64,000 nucleotides of DNA, from positions 26,147-90,146 of the forward strand of contig JAFTRN010000050.1 of the NCBI GenBank assembly GCA_017462265.1. The letters are read 5' to 3'. This stretch comes from Coprobacter sp. Lineage in GTDB: Bacteria; Bacteroidota; Bacteroidia; Bacteroidales; UBA11471. Of this stretch, positions 37,401-45,860 are shown in pieces. Position 1 is the stretch's first letter. Each line of letters begins with the position of its first letter. The notes below the pieces were generated by a model. That model was not told the DNA's origin. It saw only the letters and a list, made by a program, of their open reading frames with translations, and searched no databases. Both the position numbers and the translations under genes were made by a program.

Positions 37401-39059
37401 CGGACGCACGCCATAGGTACTACTTACCGTCCAATTCGATATTTTGGCCATCTCTATCAGTCGGGTATTGTTGAATTTTCCCACATACGCGTTGAATCCG
37501 TTACCATCGGGCGAGGCCAGTCGTTCACGATCGAGCGATCCGTCCCACCATACGCCCTCGGTGGGGAATATCATCGAACCCTCTGTTATGAGTTCACCCT
37601 TGCAATCGTAGAGATTGCCCATGGTGCTCCACATTTCATATCCCTTATGAGTAGAATCCACGTCCATACACTCGCCACGACCTACATCGCCCACAGCGGC
37701 CAAGTACCACTTCTTTATGGACTCACCGGTAGAGGCGTCGTACAATATCTGGCCGAGCATATCGCCGGCATTCTGCTGTATGGCAAACGTTTCAAGGCCC
37801 GGACGATCGGGATCTATATCGCCCATGCGGAAGCGGTCGCCGTGAGAAATACCGGCACTGAACAGCATCTCGCCATTATCATCGACCACGAAACCGCCAT
37901 CAAGGATTTCGTCTTTACCATCACGATCGACGTCGCCTATGCGTATATGGTGGAACTCGGCCGGCCAAGGCGTCTTATCGTTACGACTCCAAGTAAAATG
38001 TTCTTTCCACGCCCCTGCTTTTCCCGACGAGAAATCATAACCCCACGCCGACACATAATAGTGGTGCGTCTTATCGGTAGTGCGCACCATATACTCCATC
38101 GCCACACTCGGGTGCACGCCATCGAGGTAACATATACCCATGTGACCGTTGAGCAGGTTATAAGGGGTATCCATATAGTTGGCCTTATTGGTACGGCTGT
38201 AGGTATCGGTACCATCGCTCGGGAAGGGCATCTCTATCGTAACCACCTCCGCACCGGTGAGTCCATCGACCACGGTGATATATTGGGGAGGATTCTTCAC
38301 ACTCTGCGTATTGTAATCGATTATACCATCACCATCGGTATCGCCATCGGCACTACCTTTGAGGTAGGCTCCCCATGTATCATTCGTTTTATCCCAGAAA
38401 CGGGTTCCGTCGCTACTCTTTATCACCACTTCAGAGCGACCGTCGCAATCCATGTCATAGGCGATGACCATATCGTCGTGACCGGCCGATATATCCACAT
38501 TAGGCCCCATATCTACTGTCCACAGATGCTCTCCCATGCGGGTATAGCCCTCTATCTTATGGGTATTACCGGTCGTGGAGCGACGATCCACCACATAGTC
38601 GTATTCACCATCGCCGGTAAGGTCGGCCGGCCATATAAACTTGGTGGTGTATTCGTTATGCGACAACAAGGTATCGTAGGTAATCTCCATAAACACGCTA
38701 CGCATATCGTGACCGGTGAAAGCATAGGCGTCGCTCATCGGTTGTTCCACGCCATCGACTACCACCGCCACGGCTATTTCATGCCCCGTGGGTATCACGC
38801 TCGTGGTGGTAGAATAGTTGGTCACCGATAGCGGGGCGTCGTTCACCCGCGTGTAACTGTCGCTACCTATGGTTCGGGTATAGAGATTGTACTGTGCCGT
38901 CTCGGCCTCTTGCGCCAATTTACGCCACGACACAAAGACCTTTTCACCGTTCTTCACGGCTACGACACCACGTCCGAGAGGCTGTTGTAATCGTTGAGCC
39001 GACAGCGAACATACGATAAATACAAATAGTACTACGAAAGAAATACGATAATTTTTCAT
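34452..39059 (-). CDS. PL11-family rhamnogalacturonan lyase fused to autotransporter-associated beta-strand repeats and a T9SS C-terminal sorting domain
   Basis: The N-terminal ~620 aa track the remembered B. subtilis YesW/YesX sequence. Shared pieces include RGVVAVKNGEKVFVSWR, DMDCDGRSEVVIKSSDG, GDVDRDGKDEI...SHGDRFRMGDIDPDRPGLE, VGRGECMDVD, WWDGSLDRE and GDWRDEVI. The middle ~800 aa are G/T/S-rich repeats (GTLVVN, GAGTLIIN, GGTTVV and similar). The C-terminus, IYPQVV...VYYITLTHNGDHKTFRVVKK, resembles a T9SS type A CTD. Confidence 0.8.
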   Translation of the reverse strand: MKNYRISFVVLFVFIVCSLSAQRLQQPLGRGVVAVKNGEKVFVSWRKLAQEAETAQYNLYTRTIGSDSYTRVNDAPLSVTNYSTTTSVIPTGHEIAVAVVVDGVEQPMSDAYAFTGHDMRSVFMEITYDTLLSHNEYTTKFIWPADLTGDGEYDYVVDRRSTTGNTHKIEGYTRMGEHLWTVDMGPNVDISAGHDDMVIAYDMDCDGRSEVVIKSSDGTRFWDKTNDTWGAYLKGSADGDTDGDGIIDYNTQSVKNPPQYITVVDGLTGAEVVTIEMPFPSDGTDTYSRTNKANYMDTPYNLLNGHMGICYLDGVHPSVAMEYMVRTTDKTHHYYVSAWGYDFSSGKAGAWKEHFTWSRNDKTPWPAEFHHIRIGDVDRDGKDEILDGGFVVDDNGEMLFSAGISHGDRFRMGDIDPDRPGLETFAIQQNAGDMLGQILYDASTGESIKKWYLAAVGDVGRGECMDVDSTHKGYEMWSTMGNLYDCKGELITEGSMIFPTEGVWWDGSLDRERLASPDGNGFNAYVGKFNNTRLIEMAKISNWTVSSTYGVRPMYFGDMIGDWRDEVILRRGDETGCSGIVGFTTDYPTDVALYCLQQNPAYRMQCTTRGYYQSPLPDYYLGYDMPTPPLPPSMVTDVVWRGGSEWSVAATDAFVSFARDENTVYADGKSVLFDISGDASQPITINETLLPSAVYVMTPRGQQYTWTGTGGFAGDMELWKSMEGTLVVNMPLRHTGKTIISEGTLALNDTIKSLLDLRARGTLAGNAVVAGDCVFEGALNYEGCRLSPGTEAEPFGVITFEKGLALTDNVYLEMNLQTADTIVSDLITINGDFSLSGVSVINMVTAEARPLPGEYVLIRWSGEITGSLENLAVKGLKGFPYELQIQEKSIVLVVKEQRSASTGVHWTGTFSGAWDFETENFSLADEATTFVAGDAVTFDDNATNTVISTDDLYETTGLYFNNTTAEYVQNGAGGFSGTGGLTKSGAGTLIINSTKNDYTGTTILNGGTTVVAALSDAGQPSSLGASGVLQLQNATLSVNNANTSTDSRMSITDSVSLDIQKGYTSLKGLISGNGTLVKRGNGQLNITYGSANTYKGGTVVEAGTLAQGSYTSTFGALGSSLVMKGGTVQIFNNNNTSQIPNFNYKVTVPEGADVTLAAGQRCYINGSFSGAGTIRLTIPYVRTDMKASWSSFTGRLYVTGSDFRLCSAMSMKGTTVDLGDGVTMGHFKSGSGSSQSLTSSIGALSSSSTTATVKNGTYNVGYNHADATFAGVLSSSVNKYGTGTWTLTGGSNTSSNIGVYAGVLSVDNASGAAANKVTVQNGAMLRGTGIVKSVSLQKGAVLAPGSTDEPGTLSVSGTVSGATGATLVMRITATGNDRLSVGGNLSLGSDTLRIVADGRTFAPGDEITLFAVTGTTTGTFIIDGTPGEGLVWDGSRLTSDGVIAVAEVSGIKSPGEDRVRIYPQVVEDNCHIDATRACSGIVMLSITDAAGRVVCATTFQATEPQSVDMSAYAPGVYYITLTHNGDHKTFRVVKK

Positions 39060-39179
39060 GGATAAAAGTCTTTCTTAACAGATGCAAAAATATAAAATAT
39101 ATTCCTAATTGTCTCGGAAGTTGTTCTGAAATTTATTAAAAACTTTTCAGGAAAAGTCATTTCGTATTTTCAAAATATA

Positions 39180-39187
39180 TACCTTTG
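39180..39187 (+). promoter_or_regulatory. -7 promoter box TACCTTTG upstream of the OMP gene
   Basis: The TAnnTTTG motif lies ~110 nt before ATG 39298. A degenerate reverse-oriented copy of the intergenic repeat (about 39116-39164) sits just upstream. Confidence 0.4.
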
Positions 39188-39297
39188 TGGTAGTCTGTGA
39201 AGAGATGTTGCGCTTCTGGCGAAATCGTTAAATCAGGCTGATACCTATTTCGCTTGTTTGCACACTCCTCGACGAAACATAAACGACTTCTAAAAAC

Positions 39298-39795
39298 ATG
39301 ATAATTATGAAAAAAGCGTTATTCACAATGATTGTGTTGTGCCTCATGGCTACAGCGACGTATGCCCAACAAGCTAAAGGCGAAATGGCCGCTAAAGTAC
39401 ATACCGGTATGACCATAGAAGCCGGCGCGTTGCAAGGCATCATAGGTTTCGAGTACAGAGTAGCCGTAGCCGACAGCTGGCGCATCGCGCCCAATTTCAA
39501 TATCGGTGGCGGACGTGGCCTCAAATTCTTAGACCTCACGGTCGATGCACACTATGTGTTCCGCGCGGCCGACAACCGGTTCTCGTTCTACCCCATCGCC
39601 GGTGTCGGATTCTATCATACATGGTACAAGGTAGCCAACTTCAAAACGGCTAATAATCGCATATTTGCCAATGTAGGTATCGGCGGGCAATACGACCTCA
39701 CCGACAATATCGGTATCACGGCCGAAGTGAAAAACGCATGGATGGCCGACTATAACAAAGGTTCGTTCCTCGTAGGTTGTTGCTATAAATTCTAA
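39298..39795 (+). CDS. small outer-membrane beta-barrel protein (OmpW/porin-like)
   Basis: The signal peptide is MKKALFTMIVLCLMATATYAQ, with an alternative start at 39307. The protein has alternating strands and a C-terminal YKF. Confidence 0.65.
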   Translation: MIIMKKALFTMIVLCLMATATYAQQAKGEMAAKVHTGMTIEAGALQGIIGFEYRVAVADSWRIAPNFNIGGGRGLKFLDLTVDAHYVFRAADNRFSFYPIAGVGFYHTWYKVANFKTANNRIFANVGIGGQYDLTDNIGITAEVKNAWMADYNKGSFLVGCCYKF

Positions 39796-39819
39796 TATGC
39801 TCCCTTATACCCTCCGATT

Positions 39820-40980
39820 ATGAAGAAAATTTTCCCAATATTCTTTCTGCCAATTCTTATCGCTTGTAGTAATAAGACGGTATCCATATCGGGGGAATTA
39901 TCCGGTATGTCCATAGGCGACACGTTATGTTTCACCACGAGCATACCGCCATTTTTCGAAAATGAACATACCGACACCATAATCGCCACCGGAGAGGACT
40001 TTGCGTTTGAAATACCGGCAACACATACCATTGTCGGTTATCTCACGCACCATCACGACGGGCATAGTTCCGGCCCTTACGACATTATAGCCCGTCCGGG
40101 CGATCATTTGAATATCTCGGGACAAATAGAGACTTTAGGTGGCGCCCATATCTCAGGCGGACTTTATAATCTCCCCGACGTAAATAGATTATGCTCATTG
40201 GGTGCGCCAATAGATAGCACAAAGAGCCTATATAGTCGCAAGTTGACCTTGTTCAGTATCGAGAACAAGACCGATAGCATAGCTAAATACAGTAGTCTAT
40301 ATAACAAAATCGACTACCCCGATGAGTACAAAGCGTTGTGGCAGACAATGCGCGACAGCGCCGACCACGAATATGCGGCATATATGTGTATGAAACGGAT
40401 ATATAAATATACCGCCGACGAATTGGACGAGCGTGTAAAACGATTTTCTGTAGCGACACAACAATGCTATATGGTAAACGAGTTGCGCCAAATAGTTTCT
40501 ATCTTGAGAAATATTGACGTAGGCAATAGTTTACCTGACTATACCCTCATCGACAATACCGAAAAAAGTCACTCGCTATACCAATACCGAGATAAATACC
40601 TATTACTCTACTACTATGGACTGTGCCCCGGCGTAATATTCTATTCCGAGTCTAAAATCGAAAAACTATACAATAAATATCACGACAAAGGTCTCGAGAT
40701 AATAGGAATATGTCGTGACGGAGACATCAATGCCCGCTATCCTCAACTCATTTCCAAGGACAAAGATATACGCTCCTTGGTTACTCACCCATATGCCACC
40801 GTTTACGCGACAGATGACCGAAATAAGTATCTGCAACGTGAATTATTCTTGATTGTGACACCGACCATGATACTTATCGCTCCCGACGGGAAAACACTTG
40901 CGAGAGGCAATAACAACGTACACAAAAAAATAGACAAAATACTGCAAGAAGCCCTTATTGAAAAAGGAGAAAACCTATGA
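39820..40980 (+). CDS. TlpA/AhpC-like thioredoxin-fold lipoprotein lacking the CxxC motif
   Basis: The lipobox is ILIACS. The C-terminal region LPDYTLIDNTEKSHSLYQYRDKYLLLYYYGLCPGVIF...KGLEIIGICRDGD aligns with the TlpA pattern, but WCGPC is replaced by LCPGV. Confidence 0.6.
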   Translation: MKKIFPIFFLPILIACSNKTVSISGELSGMSIGDTLCFTTSIPPFFENEHTDTIIATGEDFAFEIPATHTIVGYLTHHHDGHSSGPYDIIARPGDHLNISGQIETLGGAHISGGLYNLPDVNRLCSLGAPIDSTKSLYSRKLTLFSIENKTDSIAKYSSLYNKIDYPDEYKALWQTMRDSADHEYAAYMCMKRIYKYTADELDERVKRFSVATQQCYMVNELRQIVSILRNIDVGNSLPDYTLIDNTEKSHSLYQYRDKYLLLYYYGLCPGVIFYSESKIEKLYNKYHDKGLEIIGICRDGDINARYPQLISKDKDIRSLVTHPYATVYATDDRNKYLQRELFLIVTPTMILIAPDGKTLARGNNNVHKKIDKILQEALIEKGENL

Positions 40981-41756
40981 ACGGACTGCTTTTGGGATTG
41001 TTATTACCTTTCTCGGGTACGGTTTTAGGAGCCGCCACCGTGTTTCTGCTACGCGACCATATCCCCGCGCGCTTGCAAAAGGCGTTATTGGGCTTTGCTT
41101 CGGGGGTAATGATTGCCGCCTCGGTATGGTCACTGCTCATTCCCGCCATGGATATGAACGCGGAGATGGGACGATGGGCGGTAGCACCTGCCGTTACCGG
41201 CTTTCTGGCCGGCATGGCGTTCCTCTTACTCTTAGACAAACTGATTCCTCACTTGCACCTCGACGGCAAAGAGCCTGAAGGTCCGCGTAGCCGTCTCTCG
41301 CGCACCACGATGCTCTCGCTGGCCGTAACCCTGCACAACATACCCGAGGGTATGGCGGTAGGTGCCGTCATGGCAGCAGCCATGACCGGTGGTGCCGAAT
41401 TGTCGATAGCCGCAGCGGTGGCATTGTCGGTGGGAATCGCCATACAGAATATACCCGAGGGAGCTATCATATCGATGCCCATGCTCGGCGAGGGACATAG
41501 CAAGATACGCTCTTTTTCCATCGGAGCATTGAGCGGTATCGTAGAGCCTATAAGTGCCTGCATCACCATTTTATTGGCCTCCTACATCACTCCCGCATTA
41601 CCCTACTTACTGGCTTTCTCGGCCGGCGCCATGATATATGTGGTGATAGAGGAGTTGATACCCGAGGCCTCGCAAGGCCACCACTCCAATATCGGTACGA
41701 TAGGTTTCGCCGCCGGATTTTCGCTGATGATGATTTTAGATGTCGTTTTAGGCTGA
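40977..41756 (+). CDS. ZIP-family metal (zinc) transporter
   Basis: The polytopic protein has HNIPEGMAVG and IQNIPEGAI motifs typical of ZupT/ZIP. The start overlaps the upstream stop (ATGA). Confidence 0.8.
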   Translation: MNGLLLGLLLPFSGTVLGAATVFLLRDHIPARLQKALLGFASGVMIAASVWSLLIPAMDMNAEMGRWAVAPAVTGFLAGMAFLLLLDKLIPHLHLDGKEPEGPRSRLSRTTMLSLAVTLHNIPEGMAVGAVMAAAMTGGAELSIAAAVALSVGIAIQNIPEGAIISMPMLGEGHSKIRSFSIGALSGIVEPISACITILLASYITPALPYLLAFSAGAMIYVVIEELIPEASQGHHSNIGTIGFAAGFSLMMILDVVLG

Positions 41757-41764
41757 AAAAGTTT

Positions 41765-42415
41765 CTATAACTCGGTGAGGGTATTTTGCACTCGAAATAT
41801 TCTGTCGGCCAATGGTGTAAAAGTCGCAATATCGTGCGACACGAGCAATATCGTGGTATCGTGCGCCACCTCTTGTAGGAGTTCTATCATGCGGATTTCA
41901 AAATCTTTATCGATATACGACGTAGGTTCATCGAGCACCAACACCTCGGGATTGGTAATCAGTGCCCGACCGAATAAGGCGCGTTGCAACTGTCCGCCCG
42001 ACAAGTCTCCGATAGGTGTATCGGTGTAATCCGACAACCCTACTTTCCCCACCATAGTCTTTATCATGCGGGTACGCTCCTCTCGCGACAACTTCGCACC
42101 TAACAGTCCCATACCTATCACTTCCGACACCGTAATGGGGAAATGCGCGTCGATACGGCTTTTCTGTGGCAGATAGCCTATATTGAGCGAGGCTACCGGA
42201 GTCCCCGCCCTGAAATAAGATAGTTTCCCGGCTGATGGGGGCAATAAGCCGAGAATAAGGCGTAGAAGTGTCGTCTTTCCACCACCGTTAGGTCCGGTAA
42301 TCAATATAAATTCGTTGGCATTGATCGACATATCGATACCCGATAGCACCAAGCGGCTATCATACCGCAAATCGATATGCGACAATTCTATCTGTTTATT
42401 CTGCTGTAATTGCAT
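41765..42415 (-). CDS. znuC: metal ABC transporter ATP-binding protein (ZnuC-like)
   Basis: Walker A is GPNGGGKTT, the signature is LSGGQLQR and Walker B is LVLDEP. The gene overlaps the upstream substrate-binding-protein gene by 20 nt. Confidence 0.7.
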   Translation of the reverse strand: MQLQQNKQIELSHIDLRYDSRLVLSGIDMSINANEFILITGPNGGGKTTLLRLILGLLPPSAGKLSYFRAGTPVASLNIGYLPQKSRIDAHFPITVSEVIGMGLLGAKLSREERTRMIKTMVGKVGLSDYTDTPIGDLSGGQLQRALFGRALITNPEVLVLDEPTSYIDKDFEIRMIELLQEVAHDTTILLVSHDIATFTPLADRIFRVQNTLTEL

Positions 42416-43277
42416 CGGCTATACGATTTATCTCGGTTTCCCAGTCATGAGACAACGGATCTATGACTTGGGTACGACACCCCACCTCCCGGGCAAACGT
42501 CTCGGCCTGGCGCGGGTCAAACTCTCGTTGTATGAATACAACCTTCACCCCATGGTGACGTGCCTCATCGACCATGTGGCGAAAATGTTGAGGCGAAGGT
42601 GATTTTCCATCGGGTTCGAGCGAAAGCTGTATCAATCCGTAATCGGCCGCCAGATAGGTAAGTGTGGGGTGATACACGGTAAATGCCCTACCCTTGCAGG
42701 GGGCCAATCGTTGCATCAACAAGCTATCAAGGCGAGCCAACCGGGTATCGAGGCTATCATATCTCGCACGATACTCGGCTACTCCGGCACTATCGGCCCG
42801 ACACAACGTTTCGTAAATACTCCGCACCATAGTTCTTGCCCGGCGGGGAGAGCACCATATATGCGGGTCGGGTGCGCCCTCGTCGTGGTGATGAGTACAC
42901 GTCTCGCCATCGTGATGATGGTGATGCGTGCCGTAAATCAGTTCGATATTATCGGCAAGATTTACAAGTTGCATCTGAGGATTATTTGCCTCCAAACGCG
43001 GAAGCCAAGCCCGTTCAAAGCCCAAATATCCACAACTGAAATAGAGGTTACAGTTCGATAGTTGCGCCATAGCCGATGGCGGTAAGTCATACGACTCGGG
43101 ATTACCCCCGGCAGGGACGGCACATATCACCTCCATTCTATCGCCGACCAACGCCTCAACCCAACTCTCGACCGGTGGTATGGTCACGGCAACGACAGGT
43201 CGCGACGGTACATGATAAGAGCACGAGCTCAGCACCACCGCCCATATGATAAGAAATCTCGTTATATATCTGTACAT
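42396..43277 (-). CDS. znuA: metal ABC transporter substrate-binding protein with a His-rich loop (ZnuA-like)
   Basis: The fold pattern is TroA/ZnuA-like. The loop GTHHHHHDGETCTHHHDEGAPDPH is typical of zinc-specific ZnuA. Confidence 0.7.
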   Translation of the reverse strand: MYRYITRFLIIWAVVLSSCSYHVPSRPVVAVTIPPVESWVEALVGDRMEVICAVPAGGNPESYDLPPSAMAQLSNCNLYFSCGYLGFERAWLPRLEANNPQMQLVNLADNIELIYGTHHHHHDGETCTHHHDEGAPDPHIWCSPRRARTMVRSIYETLCRADSAGVAEYRARYDSLDTRLARLDSLLMQRLAPCKGRAFTVYHPTLTYLAADYGLIQLSLEPDGKSPSPQHFRHMVDEARHHGVKVVFIQREFDPRQAETFAREVGCRTQVIDPLSHDWETEINRIADAITAE

Positions 43278-43285
43278 AATGCCCG

Positions 43286-43293
43286 CAAAGGTA
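43286..43293 (-). promoter_or_regulatory. -7 promoter box (TACCTTTG on the minus strand), 8 nt before the znuA ATG
   Basis: The minus strand reads TACCTTTGcgggcattATG. Confidence 0.4.
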
Positions 43294-43380
43294 TTAAAAA
43301 AAAGAGAAGCTGTCGGATTTTTCGCCGGAGATTATACTCTAAAAATAAAACAATACAAGCTTTCATGGGTTCACATTACA

Positions 43381-43926
43381 TTATACATATCGCCCCGATT
43401 CTACCCCATACACCTCGCGATGTATCTTATCCCGCACTTCTTCGAACGTGTGGTCGAGATCGCCTCCATAGAACATCAGGCGTAGCTCCACCGGTGGTAA
43501 TTGATCGCTGTAGGGCGGTTGTATATATCGGCGAGGGCATAGCGTGAAGCCTGCACGTTCGTAAAAAGCGATACGGCGACGAGCCATCTCATCAAGAGGC
43601 AATTCCACCTCGAGTACTATCGGTTGCTCCACCTCTTTACTGAAAAGCGACAAGGCTTTAGTTCCATATCCACGCCCGCGACTTGCAGCCGATACCGCGA
43701 AATGTTCTATATAAGCGAATTGCGACCATCGCCAGTAGGTAATGAAACCCACCGGCACATCGGTATCACACAGCAATGACATACCGAATGTCTCAGTAGC
43801 ACGCAACAGGTCACAAATCGTATCGAAGTCGCGCCGCTCCTCGGGTGGGAAGGCTTTTATATAGAGTTCTTTTACAAATGTAAGTGCGTTTTTATCGCAA
43901 GAAGTTACAGGTTGTAAGTATATCAT
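43381..43926 (-). CDS. GNAT-family N-acetyltransferase
   Basis: IEHFAVSAASRGRGYGTKAL is the acetyl-CoA binding motif (R/Q-x-x-G-x-G/A). Confidence 0.75.
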   Translation of the reverse strand: MIYLQPVTSCDKNALTFVKELYIKAFPPEERRDFDTICDLLRATETFGMSLLCDTDVPVGFITYWRWSQFAYIEHFAVSAASRGRGYGTKALSLFSKEVEQPIVLEVELPLDEMARRRIAFYERAGFTLCPRRYIQPPYSDQLPPVELRLMFYGGDLDHTFEEVRDKIHREVYGVESGRYV

Positions 43927-44013
43927 ATCCGGCCTTTTTGTCTAATAATCAATGCAAAGATAATATTTTCAGTCATTTTCTTGGCAAAAATTTGATTTTA
44001 TGTAATTTCTCTT

Positions 44014-44021
44014 TACCTTTG
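44014..44021 (+). promoter_or_regulatory. -7 promoter box TACCTTTG with a TTTG 19 nt upstream, for the Lrp/AsnC gene
   Basis: TTTG lies at 43991-43994 and TACCTTTG at 44014-44021. The ATG is at 44050. Confidence 0.5.
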
Positions 44022-44049
44022 TAAGTACTAATCACCTCAAAACTATATT

Positions 44050-44622
44050 ATGGGACACCACCAATTAGACTATTTAGACTACAAGATCTTAAAAATGATC
44101 GCCGCGGACGCTCGTACTCCGTTTTTGGAAGTAGCTCGCGAATGTAATGTATCCGGAGCAGCCATTCACCAACGTGTGCAGAAGCTCATCAATCTGGGCA
44201 TCATCAAAGGCTCGGAATTCACTCTCGACTCCAACCGCATAGGGTTCGAAACCTGCGCATATATCGGTGTATTCTTGCAAGCCCCGGGACAATTCAAAGA
44301 TGTCATTGAAAAACTGAAAGAGATTCCCGAAGTGGTAGAATGTCACTACACGACCGGGCAATATGATATGTTCTTGAAAATTTATGCCCGCAACAACAAT
44401 CATCTGCTACAAATCATTCACACCAAATTGCAACCCCTGGGATTGGCTCGTACCGAGTCGATTATCTCTTTCAAAGAGGCTTTCCGTCGTCAGCTTCCCA
44501 TTGAGAATTTGGTATATCGCGAGTCCAACAGCACCGAAGATGAAGAGGAAACCGGCTTCACCATCTCTCCCAAACCTCGCAGAAGACGCAATCGCTCCAA
44601 AGAAGAAAAAGGCTCCAAATAA
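44050..44622 (+). CDS. Lrp/AsnC-family transcriptional regulator with an acidic-then-basic C-terminal tail
   Basis: LDYKILKMIAADARTPFLEVARECNVSGAAIHQRVQKL is the HTH, followed by a RAM-like domain. The extra tail is ...STEDEEETGFTISPKPRRRRNRSKEEKGSK. Confidence 0.8.
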   Translation: MGHHQLDYLDYKILKMIAADARTPFLEVARECNVSGAAIHQRVQKLINLGIIKGSEFTLDSNRIGFETCAYIGVFLQAPGQFKDVIEKLKEIPEVVECHYTTGQYDMFLKIYARNNNHLLQIIHTKLQPLGLARTESIISFKEAFRRQLPIENLVYRESNSTEDEEETGFTISPKPRRRRNRSKEEKGSK

Positions 44623-44650
44623 GAGCCTCGGTTTCTTATAAATTACATAC

Positions 44651-44681
44651 AAAAAGTGTCTGAGATTTCAGGCACTTTTTT
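44651..44681 (+). terminator. rho-independent terminator after the Lrp/AsnC gene
   Basis: aaaaagtgtctga / tcaggcacttttt forms a hairpin with a T-run. Confidence 0.7.
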
Positions 44682-44824
44682 GTTCAGTATAGATTTTCGA
44701 TTTTTTTCGCAAACATATGTGAACAGCTATACAATAACCTTGTTTTCTTACAAAAACGAACTATTTTTTCCGGCAGATTTTCAAAGAAGTTGTTTTAAAT
44801 TTGCAACCGTTTTTTCGACTAAAA

Positions 44825-45784
44825 ATGCAACTATCCAACAAAGCCAAAGGGGTATTATGCGGAAGCATCGCCGCCATAAGCTATGGCACCAATCCTCTCG
44901 GCGCCCTATACCTCTACGATGTCGGCCTCAATGTCGACTCGGTACTGCTGTATCGATATGCACTCGCCGCACTGATGTTGGCAGGAATCATGAAATTGCG
45001 ACGCATACCTTTTGCCATAGCCCGGCGTGAAGGTCTCGTACTGGGCATTTTGGGCATACTATTCGCAGCCTCCTCGCTACAGTTGTTTTCGAGTTTTCAC
45101 TACATGGACGCAGGTATAGCCTCCACGCTCCTTTTTGTATATCCCATCATAGTAGCGGTAATCATGGCTATCTTTTTCCACGAGCGAGTATCTCTCGCGA
45201 CAATACTCTCCATCGCCTTGGCTCTATGTGGTATCGCTCTCCTGTATAAAGGCGACGACGGTGTAGAACTCGACATCTACGGGGTGATACTGGTAATGCT
45301 CTCCTCGCTCTCATACGCCCTCTACATCGTCATAGTAAACCGCTCGGGAGTGCGTATGTCGTCAGTGAAACTCACCTTTTACGTTCTCCTATTCGGCATC
45401 GCCACAATTACAGTCCACTCTTTTATTGCCGAAGGCAGTCGATTACAACCCCTCACCACACCCTATATGTGGTTTTTCGCTTTCATCTTGGCGCTGTTTC
45501 CCACGGTTGTTTCCTTGGTCACCATGGCTATATCGGTACAACACATAGGCTCTACCCCTACCGCCATACTCGGTGCATTGGAGCCACTCACCGCGGTAGC
45601 CATAGGTGTAATGGTATTCGGCGAACCCTTTACGACCCGACTGGCATCGGGTATCGTGCTCATACTCCTCGGCGTAACGCTCATCATCGCCGGCAAATCT
45701 CTGCGTACAAGCCATTTATACACGCTTTTACACATTAGACATAAGGGTGATAATGATCTTCATAGCAACAGTGACAACGATTAA
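44825..45784 (+). CDS. EamA/DMT-family transporter
   Basis: The protein has ten hydrophobic segments in a duplicated EamA pattern. I moved the start to ATG 44825. Confidence 0.7.
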   Translation: MQLSNKAKGVLCGSIAAISYGTNPLGALYLYDVGLNVDSVLLYRYALAALMLAGIMKLRRIPFAIARREGLVLGILGILFAASSLQLFSSFHYMDAGIASTLLFVYPIIVAVIMAIFFHERVSLATILSIALALCGIALLYKGDDGVELDIYGVILVMLSSLSYALYIVIVNRSGVRMSSVKLTFYVLLFGIATITVHSFIAEGSRLQPLTTPYMWFFAFILALFPTVVSLVTMAISVQHIGSTPTAILGALEPLTAVAIGVMVFGEPFTTRLASGIVLILLGVTLIIAGKSLRTSHLYTLLHIRHKGDNDLHSNSDND

Positions 45785-45818
45785 TAAGCGAAATAGTCGC
45801 CGACCGAAATATTTTTTA

Positions 45819-45826
45819 TACCTTTG
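45819..45826 (+). promoter_or_regulatory. -7 promoter box TACCTTTG upstream of trpS
   Basis: The TAnnTTTG motif lies 34 nt before ATG 45861. Confidence 0.45.
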
Positions 45827-45860
45827 TCCTATCATTAACCTCGACAATACTACATACTAT

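Noticed and set aside
37647-38831. A 394-aa plus-strand ORF inside the PL11 lyase gene
   Set aside because: It is antisense to a frame that aligns along its length with remembered PL11 motifs. Its translation is low-complexity I/H/G/R-rich sequence.
45827-45860. A T-box or Trp attenuator leader upstream of trpS
   Set aside because: Only ~35 nt lie between the promoter box and the ATG. There is no room for such a leader and no specifier or antiterminator elements.
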